Source: Candidatus Latescibacterota bacterium
GTDB lineage: Bacteria > Latescibacterota > UBA2968 > UBA8231
Reading direction: 5' to 3'
Assembly (NCBI GenBank): GCA_965243025.1
Contig: CBDETY010000003.1
Coordinates: forward strand, 2,752,001 to 2,816,000
Length of the DNA: 64,000 bases
The notes under the pieces are model-generated. The model was not told the DNA's origin. It ran no database searches and worked only from the letters and a program-made list of their open reading frames with translations. Shown piece after piece: positions 27,738 through 38,568 of this stretch (its first letter is position 1; the number at the start of each line of letters is the position of its first letter). Position numbers and translations under genes: made by a program.

Positions 27738-29978
27738 GTGAGCGAACTGACCGAAATCGCCGCAACCCCGGGGAAGGGAACCGGGTCCCCCGGCAACGGG
27801 GCCCCCGCGGCAACGGACCGGCTCCGCAGTCTCGACGAGGTCCTCGAGGAGACCAGCGAGCTCGAGCTCCAGATGCTGCTGATCGAGGTCGCCTCCATCA
27901 ACGAGCAGGCGGACTTTGACCTGATCGCGCGCGCCTACGGCTGGGCAAGCGACAAGCACGCCGGCCAGACCCGCATGTCGGGGCGGCCGTTCATGCAGCA
28001 CTGCGTCGAGGTCGCCCGCATCCTCGCGCAGCTCCGTCTCGACTCGACCACGGTAACGGCCGGACTGCTGCACGACGTGCTCGAGGACACCTCGGTGACC
28101 CTGGAGGAGGTCGCCGCCGAGTTCAGCCCCAAGATCGCCGCCCTGACCGACGGCGTGACCAAGATCGAGCGCTTCCAGTACCAGAGCCGCGAAGCCCGCC
28201 AGGCCGAATCCTACCGCAAGATGCTGCTGTCGATGGTCGAGGACCTGCGGGTGATCCTCATCAAGTTCGCCGACCGGCTGCACAACATGCGCACCCTCGA
28301 CCACGTCGAGCCCGAGCAGCAGAAACGGATTTCCCGCGAAACCGTCGACGTGTACGCCCCGCTGGCCTACCGGCTCGGCCTCGCCCGCATCAGCCGGGAG
28401 CTCGAGGACCTCAGCCTCAAGTACCTCGACGCGGATCAGTACGACGAAATCCGCCGCCAGGTGGCGATGAAGAGGGAGCAGCGCGAGGTCTACATCGAGG
28501 AGTTCAAGGCCCCGATCCAGGCCGACCTCGCCAAAACCGGGATCGACGCGGAGATCACCGGCCGGCCGAAGCACTTCTACAGCATCTACAACAAGATGAG
28601 GACCCAGGGAACGACCTTCGAGGAGATCTACGACCTCAGCGCCGTGCGCATCCTCGTCGAGTCGGTGCGCGACTGCTACACCACCCTCGGCCTCGTGCAC
28701 AGCCTGTACGTGCCGATCTCCGACCGCTTCAAGGACTACATCGCCACCCCCAAGACCAACATGTACCAGTCGCTGCACACCTCGGTGGTGGGCCCCGACG
28801 GGCGCCCGGTCGAGGTCCAGATCCGCACCCGGGAGATGCACCAGACGGCCGAGATCGGCATCGCCGCGCACTGGCGCTACAAGTCGGGCGAGCTGCCGGA
28901 GGTCGAAAGCGACCAGCGCATCGGCTGGCTGCGCCAGGTGCTCGACTGGCAGCGCGAGGCGGCCGACCCGATGGAGTTCCTCGAGAACCTCAAGGTCGAG
29001 CTCTACCGGGACGAGATCTACGTGTTCACGCCCGAGGGTGACCTGCTGCAGCTGCCCAGAGGGGCGACCACCATCGACTTCGCCTTCGCCGTGCACACCG
29101 ACATCGGCCTCCACTGCCTGACGGCGAAAGTCAACGGCCAGATCGTGCCGCTGGGAACCGAGCTCCACAGCGGCGACTCGGTCCAGATCATCAGCTCCCA
29201 GCACCAGCACCCGACCAGCAGCTGGCTCGACATGGTCAAGACCGGCAAGGCCCGCCACTGGATCGGCCGCTGGCTGCGCGAGGAGCAGTTCTCCCACGGG
29301 GTTCGCCTCGGGCAGGAGATCCTCGAACGCGAGCTGAAGAAGTACCGCCACTCGGTGCGCAGCGAGTCGCTCGACGAGCTCGCCGAAGAGCTGGGGCTGG
29401 CCGGCAGCGAGCACCTCTACGCGGCGGTCGGCAGCGGCGAGCTGTCGGTGAGCGGCGTCGTCAACCGCCTGGTGCCGAAGCGGCCCAAGCGGCGCATCCG
29501 CCCGCTGTTCCGCGACCTGCGGGGGATCCGCATCCAGGGCCTCGACAACATGATGATCCACTTCGGAAAATGCTGCTCCCCGATACCCGGGGACCGCATC
29601 GTCGGCACGATAACCAAGGGGCGGGGAATCACCGTGCACCGCACCGACTGCCCCAACATGGGCGACATAGCCGAGGATCCGGACCGCGTCACCGTGATGG
29701 AGTGGGACGTCGACGAGGAGCAGTCGTTCTCCGTGCAGCTGCGCATCGCCGGAACCGACCGCACCTACCTGCTGACCGAGATAACCCGGGTGATCAGCGA
29801 GGCCGGCGCCAACATCCGCAGCGCCGAAAGCCATACCCGGCTGCACCGGGTCGAGGGGAAGTTCGAGGTCGACGTCACCGACGCGCGCCAGCTGCAGGCG
29901 ATGATCAAGGGGCTGTCCAAGCTCGAGGGAATCAACGAGGTGACGCGCGTCGACGCCCCGGACCCGACCCCGGCCTGA
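27738..29978 (+). CDS. relA: Bifunctional (p)ppGpp synthetase/hydrolase (long RSH)
   Basis: Intact HD motif (LLHDVLEDT), ADRLHNMRTL, RFKDYIATPK, YQSLHT, EVQIRT, TGS domain (DFAFAVHT), CCSPIPGD, C-terminal ACT. Confidence 0.96.
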   Translation: MSELTEIAATPGKGTGSPGNGAPAATDRLRSLDEVLEETSELELQMLLIEVASINEQADFDLIARAYGWASDKHAGQTRMSGRPFMQHCVEVARILAQLRLDSTTVTAGLLHDVLEDTSVTLEEVAAEFSPKIAALTDGVTKIERFQYQSREARQAESYRKMLLSMVEDLRVILIKFADRLHNMRTLDHVEPEQQKRISRETVDVYAPLAYRLGLARISRELEDLSLKYLDADQYDEIRRQVAMKREQREVYIEEFKAPIQADLAKTGIDAEITGRPKHFYSIYNKMRTQGTTFEEIYDLSAVRILVESVRDCYTTLGLVHSLYVPISDRFKDYIATPKTNMYQSLHTSVVGPDGRPVEVQIRTREMHQTAEIGIAAHWRYKSGELPEVESDQRIGWLRQVLDWQREAADPMEFLENLKVELYRDEIYVFTPEGDLLQLPRGATTIDFAFAVHTDIGLHCLTAKVNGQIVPLGTELHSGDSVQIISSQHQHPTSSWLDMVKTGKARHWIGRWLREEQFSHGVRLGQEILERELKKYRHSVRSESLDELAEELGLAGSEHLYAAVGSGELSVSGVVNRLVPKRPKRRIRPLFRDLRGIRIQGLDNMMIHFGKCCSPIPGDRIVGTITKGRGITVHRTDCPNMGDIAEDPDRVTVMEWDVDEEQSFSVQLRIAGTDRTYLLTEITRVISEAGANIRSAESHTRLHRVEGKFEVDVTDARQLQAMIKGLSKLEGINEVTRVDAPDPTPA

Positions 29979-29989
29979 AGCCGGCCTGG

Positions 29990-30041
29990 GCGGCCGGCCC
30001 GCATCCCCGCGCCCCGGCCGCTGCGCTTACCTTCTTTTCTT
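29990..30041 (+). terminator. Possible stem-loop with pyrimidine tail after rel
   Basis: GCGGCCGG (29990-29997) pairs with CCGGCCGC (30014-30021), followed by TTACCTTCTTTTCTT. Confidence 0.3.
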
Positions 30042-30087
30042 CACCTGCCGTCACGCGAACCTTTAACAGTTAACAGTCCCGCGAACC

Positions 30088-31134
30088 GTGCCGCCCGATC
30101 CGTTCCTTCCCCACATCCGCAGCATGGAGGGGTACGTCCCCGGCGAGCAGCCCGGAGAGGGGGAGTTCCTCAAGCTCAACACCAACGAAAACCCCTATCC
30201 CCCTTCCGACCGGGTGGTCGCGGCGCTGCGGGAGGCATGCGGCGGCAACCTGCGGCGCTATCCCGACCCGGACGCCGTCGCGGTGCTCGCAAAGCTGTCG
30301 GAAAGGTTCGGGGTGCGGGCCGAACAGATCGTCATGGGGAACGGCTCGGACGAGCTGCTCAACGCCGCCCTGCGCTGCTTCGCCGGCCCCGGAAAGCCGG
30401 TGGCGATCCCCTTCCCCACCTATCCCTACTACCAGAAGCTGATCGACCTGCAGGACGCCGCCGCCGTCCGCTGCGACCTCGACGACGACTTCGCGATCCC
30501 CGCCGGCTTCCCCCCGGAAGAGGCGCGCCTGACCCTGCTGGCCAATCCAAACTCCCCCACCGGCACCGCGGCCGGGGCCGGCGCGGTCGCGGAGATGGCC
30601 ATACGCACCCGGGGCGTGCTCCTGGTCGACGAGGCGTACGTCGATTTCTCCGACGGCGGCTGCATCGGCCTCGTCGAGCGCTTCCCCAACCTGCTGGTGA
30701 CGCGCACGATGTCGAAGTCGTTCTCGCTGGCCGCCCTGCGCATCGGTTTCGCCTTCGGTCCTCCCGACCTGATCGCCGGGATGCGCAAGGTGCTCGACCA
30801 CTACAACATGAACTCCCTGTCGCAGGCGGCCGCGGCCGCGGCTCTCGACGACATCGAGGGTATGCGGGCAAATGCCGCCCGGGTCAAGAGGACGCGGCAG
30901 CGGCTGACCGAAGCGCTGCGAAGCCTCGGGTTCCGGGTGTGGGACTCGGAGGCGAACTTCGTGCTCGCGCGCATCGCGTCGCCCCCGGCCGAGGAGCTGT
31001 ACCTCGGCCTCAAGGAGCGCCGCATCCTGGTGCGCTGGTTCAGCGAGCCCCGCCTGCGGGACTGCCTGAGGATCTCCGTCGGCACCGACGGGGAAACCGA
31101 GCGGCTGCTGGGGGAGCTGGGAGAGCTGCTTTAG
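30088..31134 (+). CDS. hisC: Histidinol-phosphate aminotransferase
   Basis: GYVPGEQP, KLNTNENPYPPS, GNGSDE, NPNSPTG, DEAYVDF, RTMSKSFSLAALRIG, LRISVGT. Confidence 0.95.
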   Translation: MPPDPFLPHIRSMEGYVPGEQPGEGEFLKLNTNENPYPPSDRVVAALREACGGNLRRYPDPDAVAVLAKLSERFGVRAEQIVMGNGSDELLNAALRCFAGPGKPVAIPFPTYPYYQKLIDLQDAAAVRCDLDDDFAIPAGFPPEEARLTLLANPNSPTGTAAGAGAVAEMAIRTRGVLLVDEAYVDFSDGGCIGLVERFPNLLVTRTMSKSFSLAALRIGFAFGPPDLIAGMRKVLDHYNMNSLSQAAAAAALDDIEGMRANAARVKRTRQRLTEALRSLGFRVWDSEANFVLARIASPPAEELYLGLKERRILVRWFSEPRLRDCLRISVGTDGETERLLGELGELL

Positions 31135-31259
31135 GCGACGCGACCCTCGGCTGCTGCGGGCACTGCCCTTGCAGGGTGAAGGAAGGGTAGTCACAATATT
31201 TGCGGAAGCAGAATGGTCGACTTCCCAAACCCGGTCCGCTATCCCCGAAGGAAACCACC

Positions 31260-31750
31260 ATGGGCGCAACCTGTGTGGACGTTACCATCCGCAATCCCGC
31301 GGACCGACAACGAAGCTGGACCGGGAAATTCCTCGTCGATACCGGCGCCTTCGACTCGCTGGTCCCGAGGGTGCACCTCGAGCGATCGGACTCGAACCGA
31401 GGGGCCTCCGCGAATACGTACTCGCCGACGGAAAACCCACCGCCCTGGACATAGCCATAGCAGAGATCGAGTTCGAGGGTGAGGTGGTCGGCGGGACAAT
31501 CGTCTTCGGGGAGGAAGGGGCGGAACCCCTGCTCCGCGTTACCGCCCTGGAGTCCGGCGGATTCGAGGTCGATCCACGCAACGAAGAGCTGAAGCGGTTG
31601 CCTGCCGTTCTGTTGAAGTCCGCCGGAACAATGCAGCAGCCCGGAGAGCTCCTTGCCGAGGTCCGGCTCCGGAAGACCTCGGACTCCCCGGAAAGCTTCC
31701 CATACCAGACGCCCCATCCCACTGCCCTGAGCGGAGATTGTTCACAGTGA
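31260..31750 (+). pseudogene. Clan AA (retropepsin-like) aspartic protease, frameshifted near 31383
   Basis: One frame gives MGATCVDVTIRNP...FLVDTGAFDSLVP; the continuation AIGLEP...LADG...GEEGAEPLL...VDP is in another frame. Confidence 0.8.
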
Positions 31751-31760
31751 AGAAGAGACG

Positions 31761-32663
31761 GTGACGAAACGACTCGGTAGACTCGTTGATTCCGACGGGT
31801 TCCAGTACGGGATCCTCGCGGTAATCGTCGGTGCGGCCCTGCTGGTCGGGCTGGAAACCTCGCGCGACCTCGTCGCCCGCCACGGGGACCTGCTGCACCG
31901 GCTCAACCTGCTGGTCCTGTGGATCTTCGCCGTCGAGGCGGCCCTCAAGATCGCCCGCCACGGGAGCCGCTGGTACCGCTACTTCGCCGATCCCTGGAAC
32001 GTCTTCGACTTCCTGATCGTCGTCGTCTGCTTCCTGCCGGTCGGGGGCCCGTACGCCGCGGTGCTGCGGCTGGCGCGGGTGCTGCGTGCCCTGCGGCTGG
32101 TGACGGCGCTGCCGAAGCTGCAGCTGCTGGTCGGCTCGCTGCTCAAGTCGATCCCCTCGCTGGGATACGTCGGCCTGCTGCTGGCGGTGCTGTTCTACGT
32201 GTACGCGGTGATGGGGGTCTTTCTGTTCCGCGGCAACGATCCCGTCCACTTCCAGGACCTGTCGACGGCGCTGCTTACCCTCTTCCGGGTGGTGACCCTC
32301 GAGGACTGGACCGACGTGATGTACATCCAGATGTACGGCAGCGACGCCTACCCGAACTACGGCGACTTCGCCCAGGCCCACCTGCGCGAAACCTCGCTGG
32401 GGCGGCCGCTTCTCGGGGCCGCCTTCTTCGTCTCCTTCGTGCTGCTGGGGACGATGATCATGCTGAACCTGTTCATCGGCGTGATCATCAACTCGATGTC
32501 CGAAGCCGAGGCGGAGAAGGAGGCCGAGGAGCGGCGCCGCAATCTCGAGCGCGACGGCGAGATCAGCGTCGGCGACGAGATGCGCCTGATCGAAGAGGAG
32601 ATGGAGAAGCTGTCCCGCCGGCTGGGAGAGCTGCGAAGGCGGGCGGCCCGCGGGCGCGGGTAG
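31761..32663 (+). CDS. Bacterial voltage-gated Na+/Ca2+ channel (BacNav-like ion transporter)
   Basis: DPWNVFDFLIV (S3), LRLARVLRALRLV (S4), pore VVTLEDWTDVMY, LNLFIGVIINSM (S6), coiled-coil C-terminus. Confidence 0.93.
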   Translation: MTKRLGRLVDSDGFQYGILAVIVGAALLVGLETSRDLVARHGDLLHRLNLLVLWIFAVEAALKIARHGSRWYRYFADPWNVFDFLIVVVCFLPVGGPYAAVLRLARVLRALRLVTALPKLQLLVGSLLKSIPSLGYVGLLLAVLFYVYAVMGVFLFRGNDPVHFQDLSTALLTLFRVVTLEDWTDVMYIQMYGSDAYPNYGDFAQAHLRETSLGRPLLGAAFFVSFVLLGTMIMLNLFIGVIINSMSEAEAEKEAEERRRNLERDGEISVGDEMRLIEEEMEKLSRRLGELRRRAARGRG

Positions 32664-32678
32664 GCCTGTCGGGCAGGT

Positions 32679-32861
32679 CTATATGTAGTAGGTCGGGACC
32701 GGGGGGTCTTCCGGGGGCAGCTCGGGGGCTTTGAACTGCCGTCGGTTGCGCAGCCGCCGGGTGGCGGTGAATCCCCAGGCGACCAGGGCTCCCCACAAAG
32801 CCGGAAGGACCACCGCGGCCGTCACCAGGATCGCTGACGGAAGGTCTGCCAGGGCGCTCAC
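32679..32861 (-). CDS. Small (60 aa) single-TM protein
   Basis: GTG start overlaps the glycosyltransferase stop (GTGA); hydrophobic helix, then RRLRNRR and PVPTYYI. Confidence 0.5.
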   Translation of the reverse strand: MSALADLPSAILVTAAVVLPALWGALVAWGFTATRRLRNRRQFKAPELPPEDPPVPTYYI

Positions 32862-33850
32862 TCCGCATCCTCCGCGGGGGCAGGCTCGCCGTCCAGGCGG
32901 CGGCTGATCCGCGGCGTGCGGCCCCCCCGCTGGTGCATGCTGGCCACCATGTCTCCGAGCAGTCCGGTCGAGAACAGCTGCACCCCGACGATGATCAGCA
33001 GGACCCCGAGAATCAGCAGCGGCAGCCGGTGCTGTATGGTGCCGGTCTCCGCCCACAGGTAGGTGATGTAGCAGCCTACCAGGGTTCCGGCGGCGGTTGC
33101 CGCCAGGCCGAGGCTCCCGAAGACGTGCATCGGCGTGGTCATGAAGCGGACCACGAAGGTGATCGAGAGCAGGTCGAGGAAGCCGTTGAGCAGGCGCCTG
33201 CTTCCGAACTTCGACGCACCGTACATGCGGCGGTGATGGCGCACCGGGATCTCGCCGACCCGGTAGCCGCTCCAGTGGGCGATCGCCGGCAGGTAACGGT
33301 AGAGCTCGCCGTACAGGTAGGGCAGGCAATCCTCGGCCACCTCGCGGCGGTAGGCCTTCAGGCCGCAGTTGAAATCGTGCAGCCTGACGCCGGCGACCAC
33401 CGAGGTCACGAGATTGAACAGCCGCGAAGGCAGGGTTTTGCTCAGGGGATCGAGGCGTTTCTTCTTCCAGCCGGTGACGAGGTCCTTGTCGTCGTCGAGG
33501 GCGGCAAGAAGGTTCTCGATCTCTTCCGGGTCGTCCTGGAGGTCGGCGTCCATGGTGACGATGACCTCCCCCCGGGCGGCCTTGAAGCCGGCCGCCAGGG
33601 CCGCGGCCTTGCGGTAGTTGCGCCGGAAGCCGAGGGCGCGGATGCGCGGATAGCGGCCGCCAAGCTCCCTGATGACGTCGAACGAGCCGTCGCCGCTGCC
33701 GTCGTCGACGAAGAGGATCTCCGACGGCCGCGGGATGCGGTCGAGGGAGGCGTTCAGTTTTTCGCACAGCAGCGGCAGGCTCTCGCGCTCGTTGAACACG
33801 GGGATCACGACCGAAATTTCCGGCGCCGTTGCGGCCTGTTCCGGGCTCAT
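32858..33850 (-). CDS. GT2 polyprenol-phosphate glycosyltransferase (ArnC/DPM1-like)
   Basis: ISVVIPVFNE, VDDGSGD, TMDADLQDDPEEI, HDFNCGLKAYR, two C-terminal TM helices. Confidence 0.92.
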   Translation of the reverse strand: MSPEQAATAPEISVVIPVFNERESLPLLCEKLNASLDRIPRPSEILFVDDGSGDGSFDVIRELGGRYPRIRALGFRRNYRKAAALAAGFKAARGEVIVTMDADLQDDPEEIENLLAALDDDKDLVTGWKKKRLDPLSKTLPSRLFNLVTSVVAGVRLHDFNCGLKAYRREVAEDCLPYLYGELYRYLPAIAHWSGYRVGEIPVRHHRRMYGASKFGSRRLLNGFLDLLSITFVVRFMTTPMHVFGSLGLAATAAGTLVGCYITYLWAETGTIQHRLPLLILGVLLIIVGVQLFSTGLLGDMVASMHQRGGRTPRISRRLDGEPAPAEDAE

Positions 33851-34042
33851 CTATCGACTATTGCGGTTTCGACGCCGGGTTTTCCGCCCGCCGCCGCCTT
33901 TCCCGAACTTTGCGTATCTTCATATTTAAATCAAACTTACAGCCGGTTCAGGGGCAATCCGCCTTTTCCCTCTCCCTGACCGCCGCTCGGGCGGCTCTGA
34001 CGGCCTGCCCTCCCGATCCCCCCGGCAGATCCAATCCGACCG

Positions 34043-35469
<1,427 letters not shown>

Positions 35470-35485
<16 letters not shown>

Positions 35486-36426
35486 ACCGTCCCCGCGCCC
35501 TGGAGCCGGGCGACCTCGTGGCCCTGGTCGCCCCCTCCCGGCCGGCCTCGGAGCGGGGGCGGCGGGAAGCCGAGGCATACCTGGAGCAGCGCGGCTACCG
35601 CGTCGATGTGTCCCCTGCCATCCACGACCGGCACTATTACCTGGCGGGAACCGACGATACCCGGGCGGCCGAGCTCAACCGCGTCTTCGCCGACCCCGAG
35701 GTACGGGCGGTGTTCTGCGCCCGGGGAGGGTTCGGCAGCGGGCGCCTGCTCGACCGGCTCGATTTAGGCGCCGTCCGCGGCGACCCGAAGATCGTCGCCG
35801 GCTTCAGCGATTCCACCGCCCTGCTGCTGGCGCTCTACTCGCGGGCCGGGCTGGTTGCCTTCAACGGCGCCCTGGCCGACTTCGACCTCGGCGAGGTCCG
35901 GGACTCCCTGGTCGAGGCCTCGCTCTGGCCGCTGCTGACGTCGCCGGAGCCGCTCGGGGAGGTCCCCGAGGCAGCGGATTCCATGGGGGTGGTGCGCCCC
36001 GGGACCGGGCGCGGGCCGCTGGTGCCGGCCAATCTCGCCCTGCTGTGCAGTCTCCTCGGGACCCCGTACTTCCCGCCGCTCGAAGGGGCCCTGCTCCTCC
36101 TGGAGGACATCGACGAGTACCCCTACCGCATCGACCGCATGCTCAACCAGCTGCGCCTGGCCGGCGTCCTCGAGCGCCTCGGAGGCCTTCTGTTCGGGCA
36201 GTTCAAGGACTGCTTCACCGACGGGGAAATGGAGGAAGCGCCGACCCTGGCCGAGCTCGCCCTGGAGCATGCGCGGGGGACCGGATTTCCCATCGTCGCC
36301 GGGCTTCCCTTCAGCCATTTCCCGCGGCGCCTGGTGCTGCCTGTCGGGGTCCGCGCCGAGCTCGACACCTCAATTCCCTCCCTGAAGATCACCGAGGCCG
36401 CGGTGGTGAACCCGGCCGGGAGCTGA
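35470..36426 (+). CDS. ldcA: LD-carboxypeptidase (peptidase S66)
   Basis: YLAGTD, CARGGFGS, GFSDST (Ser), LEDIDEYPYRIDRML (Glu), FSH (His); overlaps the mpl stop. Confidence 0.92.
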
Positions 36427-36487
36427 TGGGGTGGGCGTGCAAAGACCCCATCCGTTCCGCCGGAACAAAGAGCCCGCCGGGGCTGCC

Positions 36488-37123
36488 ATGGAACCCCGGT
36501 CCACCCTGTTCTTCCTGGTCGCGGTCATGGCGCTGGGGGCCTGCGGCGAAGGGGATCCTGTTTCATCCCGCCAACCGGCCGCCGATTCCGGGACTGCCGC
36601 CAAACGCATATCCAGCGGGGTGACCGTCAGCGCCCCGGTCGCCGGTCTGGCCGAGTCCCGGATGTCCGGGGCCGACACCGCGGGCACCGACTCGACCGGC
36701 GCGATTACCGCAAACCCCGACACCCCGGGGAAGGACGGGGATCCGGGAAAACCGGGGACCCTGGTTTTCGCCGAATCCCCAGATGCGGCCGAAGAATGGG
36801 GTGCGGATCGTTTCCAGTTGTCCGCTGCCTCGATAACCGGTGATACCCTTGCCGTCACGGTGTCGTACAGCGGTGGATGTCAGGTCCACCAGTTCACCCT
36901 TGTCGCTTCCGATTCCTTCCTGGAGTCCGACCCGGTACAGCTCGAGGTTGCCCTCGCCCACAACGCCAACGGCGACCTTTGCAGGGCGTGGTTGACCGAA
37001 GACCTTCTATTCAGCCTAGTCCCGATCAAGGAGCGGTTCCAGAGTCAGTACCAGGATTCGGGCAGAGTGGTTCTGCTGCTCGAAGACGCTCCCGGTGAGC
37101 TCCTCTACGAGTTCGCGGAGTAA
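36488..37123 (+). CDS. Hypothetical lipoprotein (NigD C-terminal-like beta domain)
   Basis: Lipobox ALGAC, low-complexity linker, then VSYSGGCQVHQF...ESDPVQ...HNANGDLCRA. Confidence 0.65.
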   Translation: MEPRSTLFFLVAVMALGACGEGDPVSSRQPAADSGTAAKRISSGVTVSAPVAGLAESRMSGADTAGTDSTGAITANPDTPGKDGDPGKPGTLVFAESPDAAEEWGADRFQLSAASITGDTLAVTVSYSGGCQVHQFTLVASDSFLESDPVQLEVALAHNANGDLCRAWLTEDLLFSLVPIKERFQSQYQDSGRVVLLLEDAPGELLYEFAE

Positions 37124-37452
37124 CGCCGGCCCCGGCCGAGGGCCAGGCGAGGCGACAACCACTCCTTTCACCATACCCGCTGCGAGCCGGTGCCACCGTG
37201 GCGCCGGCGCGGAACCGTGCCGGCGCCAGGAGCCGGGTGAAAGCCCGCTCGATCTGCGGCCGGCCCTGGCCGCCGGTTTCCGCGACTCGAAGCGACTGTC
37301 ACCACGGCTCCTGGACTTTCCCGCTGTCGGCCTTCTTCCCGGGCCCCTCCTGCTCCTTGTGGCAACTCCTCGGACCGGTCCCTTTTCGGTCCGCGCCGGC
37401 GAATCCTCAGATGACTCTCCATGGCCTGTTTCCCTGGAGAAACCGGCGGGGC

Positions 37453-38247
37453 TCAATCGCCCTCCGAAGCCGCGAGCGGAAGAACCCGCTGCTTGACCAC
37501 CCCCCAACTGCTCCCCTGGACCGCGGTGGGGATGGGCTCCTCGGACTCGCCGGATCCGGTATCCTCCATGTCTGTTTCCTTCGGCCCGGTGTCGGCCGGC
37601 TCTCCGGTTTCCCCCGTCGACAGCGTCATCAGGCGCTCGGGAATGCTCCCGGGTGTTCCCAGCTCGCTGCTGCCGTCGTCCCAGCCGCTCGCTTCGGTCG
37701 CGGTCGCCCAGGCATGTTCCTGCGAGCCGTCGGTGTCGAACTCGACCCGCACCATGGCCGCCTTCTGCTTGTTGTCTCCGGCAAGCGGCGCGCCGCTGCC
37801 GTCATCCGCGGTGTCGATCAGGTTGCCGCCGTTCTCGGGGTCGCCGCTGTAGAGGCGCAACAGCAGCCTGCTGTTGGGCAGCGCCACCGAGGTCGCCACC
37901 ACATCCGGATCGACGCTGATCTGCGAGCGCGCCGCGTTGTAGTTGGAAATCAGGAACGCCGCGCCCGGAGCGATTCTGCCCTCGCTCAGCTGGAGCATCA
38001 CCGCCTCCTCGCCGTCTTTCCCCGTTTGCGTGATGGTCCATCCGCTGAGATCCTTCGCGGAGGACCCGCGGTTGTAGAGCTCGATCCACTCGTCGGCGCT
38101 CGAGGACTCGCTTCCCATCCACATCAACTCGCTGAACACCACGTCGCCCGGTTCGCCGGCGGCTACCGACGTGTCGAAGGCGATCGCACCGAGCAGAGAG
38201 GCCAGGAGCAGGCTGGTGCAACTGGAGAGGTTTCGGGCAGGTTTCAT
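37453..38247 (-). CDS. Secreted lamin-tail-domain protein with a C-terminal TAV..SWG..K motif
   Basis: Signal peptide; GDVVFSELMW...DEWIELYN...DLSGWTI (LTD); GTPG; acidic linker; PTAVQGSSWGVVKQR. Confidence 0.8.
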   Translation of the reverse strand: MKPARNLSSCTSLLLASLLGAIAFDTSVAAGEPGDVVFSELMWMGSESSSADEWIELYNRGSSAKDLSGWTITQTGKDGEEAVMLQLSEGRIAPGAAFLISNYNAARSQISVDPDVVATSVALPNSRLLLRLYSGDPENGGNLIDTADDGSGAPLAGDNKQKAAMVRVEFDTDGSQEHAWATATEASGWDDGSSELGTPGSIPERLMTLSTGETGEPADTGPKETDMEDTGSGESEEPIPTAVQGSSWGVVKQRVLPLAASEGD

Positions 38248-38568
38248 GTCGCAGTCTCCTTTCCGGGTGAAGGTTTCCGATCCCTTGCGAATCGGCTGAC
38301 TGCGACGGGGCAATTCCGGTGCCGCCCCCATGTCCTCTCCCGAAATGGGCCGCCAAGATCTTTTTTTACAGGAGGTTACGCTCCAGTCCCCCCGCGTGGC
38401 CGGGGCAATTCAGGCGGCACCATGTCGACACAGGTGTCACCGCAACCACATACCGGGCCCGATAGCCCGGTGACCCGGGCAAACTCTCGGTTACCGCCCG
38501 GGTTTTGGCCGCGGCGTCATTGACGTACCCTTTCGCCACGGTTCCCGAAACCCGGAAAGGATGAGGTT

